Assembly: GCA_030654175.1 (NCBI GenBank)
Contig: JAURXZ010000049.1
Coordinates: forward strand, 92,334-156,333
Direction: 5' to 3'
Length of the DNA stretch: 64,000 bases
Source: Bacteroidia bacterium
GTDB taxonomy: Bacteria > Bacteroidota > Bacteroidia > 2-12-FULL-35-15
Numbering within the stretch: the stretch's first letter is position 1; every line of letters starts with the position of its first letter. A model generated the notes under the pieces. That model saw only the letters and a list, made by a program, of their open reading frames with translations. It was not told the DNA's origin and did no database searches. Positions 60,704 to 64,000 of the stretch are shown here, in pieces. Made by a program: the position numbers and the translations under genes.

Positions 60704-61084
60704 TCAGGCTATATTATAATTTTTTTCCAATTCTTCACTTAATTCTTTATTAGCCTGAAGTAATGAACTTTCAAGTTTTATCAATAAAGCCGGAATTAAA
60801 TCGGAATTCTCTTTTAGTTTAGCGTATTCTTCAATTTTTCGGGCAATATCCCTATATTCTTTTTGGATGCCCAAACAATCAAAATGAGAACCAATTTTGT
60901 GAGCATTATATTGTAATCCTGTCCAATCGGAATTTGAATGGTGCTTATTCAGTTCTTCAATAAAAACAGGAACTTGTTTCAAAAATAGTTGAATTACCTC
61001 CACCATAAATTTGGGGTTTTCGGGTGAAAGGCTTTTCAAATAATTTAAGTCATAAATTTTCATGGGCAAAATCATTTTAGTCAT
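60704..61084 (-). CDS. Hpt domain protein
   Basis: DLNYLK, AHKIGS..CLG. Confidence 0.85.
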   Translation of the reverse strand: MTKMILPMKIYDLNYLKSLSPENPKFMVEVIQLFLKQVPVFIEELNKHHSNSDWTGLQYNAHKIGSHFDCLGIQKEYRDIARKIEEYAKLKENSDLIPALLIKLESSLLQANKELSEELEKNYNIA

Positions 61085-61457
61085 TAGTATCTTGCAGTTT
61101 TTTGTTTATTCCATAAGTACTCAACTCTTTTTCCAATTCAATATATGCCTGTAAAAGTATTGTTTCAAGTGTTAACACTAATCCTGGTATTAAATCAAAA
61201 TTTTCTTGCAACTTAGCATATTCTTCAATCTGTTTTGCTATATTTCCATAAACTTTTGGTATTCCCATGCAATTGATATCTGATCTTATCTTATGGGAAT
61301 GATGTTGTAAGCTGTTCCAATCCCCTGTTATTTTAAAATTTTTCATTGCTTCAATTGAAACCGGCACATTTTTCAAAAATAGTTGAATCATTTGTGTAAC
61401 AAATTTTTCATCATTTGGTGAAATACTTCTCAAATATTTGAAGTTGCAAAGTTCCAT
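61077..61457 (-). CDS. Hpt domain protein (paralog)
   Basis: FKYLR, SHKIRS..CMG. Confidence 0.85.
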   Translation of the reverse strand: MELCNFKYLRSISPNDEKFVTQMIQLFLKNVPVSIEAMKNFKITGDWNSLQHHSHKIRSDINCMGIPKVYGNIAKQIEEYAKLQENFDLIPGLVLTLETILLQAYIELEKELSTYGINKKLQDTND

Positions 61458-61565
61458 TGTAAAATGAATTTATTTATGAATTTACGAATCTAAGTTTTTT
61501 AATTTAAAGTATTGCCATTCTTTTTCTTTTAAAAGTAATATTTGTTCATTTTTCTAAAAAAAGCC

Positions 61566-64000
61566 CTATGTTTTCTTTACCAGGGAAATGATCTTATTTA
61601 ATAAGTCTGTTTGATCAAAAGGTTTTAAAATAAAATCGTTTATTCCGGACTCTTTGAATAAATCTAAATCTGCTTTGGTAACATCAGCAGTGATGGCAAT
61701 AATCGGTATTATCGATTTTGGCGGTAGCATTTGTGTACGAATATAATGTGCGGCTTCGAATCCATCCATTTCGGGCATTTTCAGATCCATGAGAATAATA
61801 TCATAAGTGCTTTTATTTAATAATTCAATAGCTATTTTACCATTTTCAGCACTATCCACTTCAAATCCTAATTTAAGTAAGATGGTTTGTGCCAGGAGTT
61901 GATTGATCTCATTATCGTCTGCAACCAAAACATTTAAGTGTCCAATTTTTGCAAGGTCATCGGACAATAGAGGAACGTCTTTTTTTATTGAAACCACTTT
62001 TGCAGCGTCTTTTTTTAATGAGATAGTAAAAGTTACAGTAGAGCCTTTGTTCACTTCGCTATTTATTGATATTGTCCCATTCATGAGGCCAACCAATCGT
62101 CTCACAATGCTTAACCCCAGTCCTGTTCCTTCGTATTTGTAATTAGGTCCATTGTCTGCCTGAACAAATGGTTCGAAGATGGCTTCTAATTTTTCTTTTG
62201 GAATTCCAATACCTGTATCTGTTATGCTAAACTCAATAATTGCTTTTTCATTATCCTCTTCCAGTAAATTCACATTCACATTAATTTGCCCACCATTATT
62301 GGTGAATTTTTTTGAATTGTTTATCAAATTAATAAGTATTTGAGATATCCGAATAGGGTCACCAATTAATACGTTGGGAATGTTTTCATCATATTTCGAA
62401 AACATTTTCAGATCTTTTTCATCAATACGTAATTCAAAAGAAATAAGAATATCATTGATTAATTCGGATAAATTGAATACGGATTCTTCAAGTTCTATTT
62501 TGCCTTCATTAATTTTTGCCAGATCAAGAATATCATTTATCAGTACCATTAAAATGTTGCCGGAGGTTTTAATGATCTCTACCTGTTTTTTTTGTTTCGG
62601 GGGCAGGTCACTTTGCAACAGTATATTTGTAAAACCTATAATTCCATTGAGGGGAGTACGTATTTCGTGGCTCATGTTCGATAAAAAACGATCTTTTGCA
62701 CCTGCTAATTCTTCAGCTCTGTTTTTTGCAATAATAAGATCTTGTTCTATGCGTTTTTTTTCAGTGATATCCTGGGCAATTCCTAATACATATTTAGGTT
62801 TTCCGTTAGTATCTGAAATTGAAATTTTTTGTACATGAACTATTCTCTGCCCACGGAATCTTGTTTGCATAATTTGTTCCGGTATATCAATTATTTGGTT
62901 GCTTTTTAGTGCTTCCATGTCTTTGCTTGTAAAAAAGTCAGCATCAGATTTTGTAAAAAAGTCGTAGTCGTTTTTATTTATTAATTCATTTCTGCTGATA
63001 CCGATTAATTCTTCTGCAGCTTTATTAACTTTAATATATCGAAACTCTTCCGCATCTTTTGCGTAGATCGCAATAGGGATATTTTCGATGATGTTTGTTA
63101 TAAATTTCTCATTTTCTTTCAAAATGTTTTCTGCATTTATACGTTCTGTAATATCACGGGCTACGCCCATAACGGAAGTTGTATTTCCACTGCTATCTTT
63201 AAGAGCAACCAAATTGGTTCCAAGAAATTTTAAATCCCCACCAAGTATAGTACGATCCTCAACATAAGCAGACTGACCACTTTTGAAAACTTTTTGAATG
63301 TTTTCCCATTGGCGGTCAGTTATTTCAGGTGGGAATAGGTCTGCCATTTGTTTTCCAACCAAAGCATCAGATGCTTTTCCGAATTGCCTGGCAGCGAAAT
63401 CATTTAAATAATCAATTGTTCCTTTTGGACTGATTATATAAATTATGTCTTCACTGGCTTCAGCCAGAGTCCGATATCGTAATTCGCTTAGACGAAGGAT
63501 TTCCTCCTCTTTTTTTCTTAATGTAATATCCTGAATAGTTCCTCTTAACCCTATTATTTTTCCCTGCTCATTTTTAATAGCGTGTCCAATACCTATGACG
63601 TATTTTATATTTTTATTACTGCATACTACTCTATGCACAAAATTAAACCCTTCCCCAAATTCAATTGCATTTTTTACAAATGTATCAAGCATAGTAATAT
63701 CATCAGGATGAATTTTTCTTCTATATGCTTTAAAAAGCATATCAGAAGGCGTCCCCTCTAATTCAGAAATTTGATAAAGCTCTTTGGACCAGGTTGACTC
63801 CAATGTAGCGAAGATAAATTCCCAGCTGCCGATTTTGGCAAGTTGCTGGGCGTCATTGAGCTGTTTTTCATTTTTGATGAGAAGCTCTTCAACTTGTTTG
63901 CGTTCTGAAATATCGCGTGTATTTATCGTCAATCCAATAATCTTTCCTTCATTGTCATAAGTGAAATTACCAGCTGATTCCACCCAGCAATAAGTGCCAT
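61566..64000 (-). CDS. Multi-PAS hybrid histidine kinase/receiver, 5' truncated
   Basis: Frame is open to the window edge; PAS/PAC repeats, SHEIRTPLNG, DTGIGI, GTGLGL, receiver LMDLKMP. Confidence 0.93.
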   Translation of the reverse strand, partial: GTYCWVESAGNFTYDNEGKIIGLTINTRDISERKQVEELLIKNEKQLNDAQQLAKIGSWEFIFATLESTWSKELYQISELEGTPSDMLFKAYRRKIHPDDITMLDTFVKNAIEFGEGFNFVHRVVCSNKNIKYVIGIGHAIKNEQGKIIGLRGTIQDITLRKKEEEILRLSELRYRTLAEASEDIIYIISPKGTIDYLNDFAARQFGKASDALVGKQMADLFPPEITDRQWENIQKVFKSGQSAYVEDRTILGGDLKFLGTNLVALKDSSGNTTSVMGVARDITERINAENILKENEKFITNIIENIPIAIYAKDAEEFRYIKVNKAAEELIGISRNELINKNDYDFFTKSDADFFTSKDMEALKSNQIIDIPEQIMQTRFRGQRIVHVQKISISDTNGKPKYVLGIAQDITEKKRIEQDLIIAKNRAEELAGAKDRFLSNMSHEIRTPLNGIIGFTNILLQSDLPPKQKKQVEIIKTSGNILMVLINDILDLAKINEGKIELEESVFNLSELINDILISFELRIDEKDLKMFSKYDENIPNVLIGDPIRISQILINLINNSKKFTNNGGQINVNVNLLEEDNEKAIIEFSITDTGIGIPKEKLEAIFEPFVQADNGPNYKYEGTGLGLSIVRRLVGLMNGTISINSEVNKGSTVTFTISLKKDAAKVVSIKKDVPLLSDDLAKIGHLNVLVADDNEINQLLAQTILLKLGFEVDSAENGKIAIELLNKSTYDIILMDLKMPEMDGFEAAHYIRTQMLPPKSIIPIIAITADVTKADLDLFKESGINDFILKPFDQTDLLNKIISLVKKT

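Noticed and set aside
389-62838. Numerous antisense or alternate-frame ORFs (e.g. 25928-26557, 14951-15415, 62374-62838, 49773-50171)
   Set aside because: They overlap well-supported genes and show no recognisable motifs; shadow ORFs

Overview
AT-rich Bacteroidota chromosome segment (TAnnTTTG promoters, T9SS C-terminal domain, fusA followed directly by rpsJ, mostly SD-less starts). The left and middle parts hold housekeeping and accessory genes: an XRE-S24 LexA-like regulator, bcp, recA, tig-clpP-clpX, an ABCG-type transporter, an ECF sigma/anti-sigma locus, two 7TM-PP2C phosphatases, a large T9SS surface protein, nhaD, two APC permeases, apt, dapA, dapD, ruvX, def, cdaA and carA. The complete 33-gene str-S10-spc-alpha ribosomal cluster lies on the minus strand (39279-59138), followed by a hybrid kinase/2xHpt/LytTR locus cut by the window edge. 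The most interesting signal is non-coding. (1) About 20 of the 32 ribosomal-cluster junctions, plus other operon junctions, are filled with 7-9 nt period tandem repeats arranged as inverted arms. The same heptads occur in frame inside three proteins. (2) There are five copies of a structured ~100-nt element resembling the Flavo-1 RNA. One sits inside a 213-bp unit with 12-bp imperfect terminal inverted repeats and a 9-bp flanking direct repeat (MITE-like). (3) Three tandem ECF-type promoters precede one outer-membrane gene. No rRNA, tRNA, CRISPR array or transposase was seen. All family assignments are from motif recognition by eye, not database searches.
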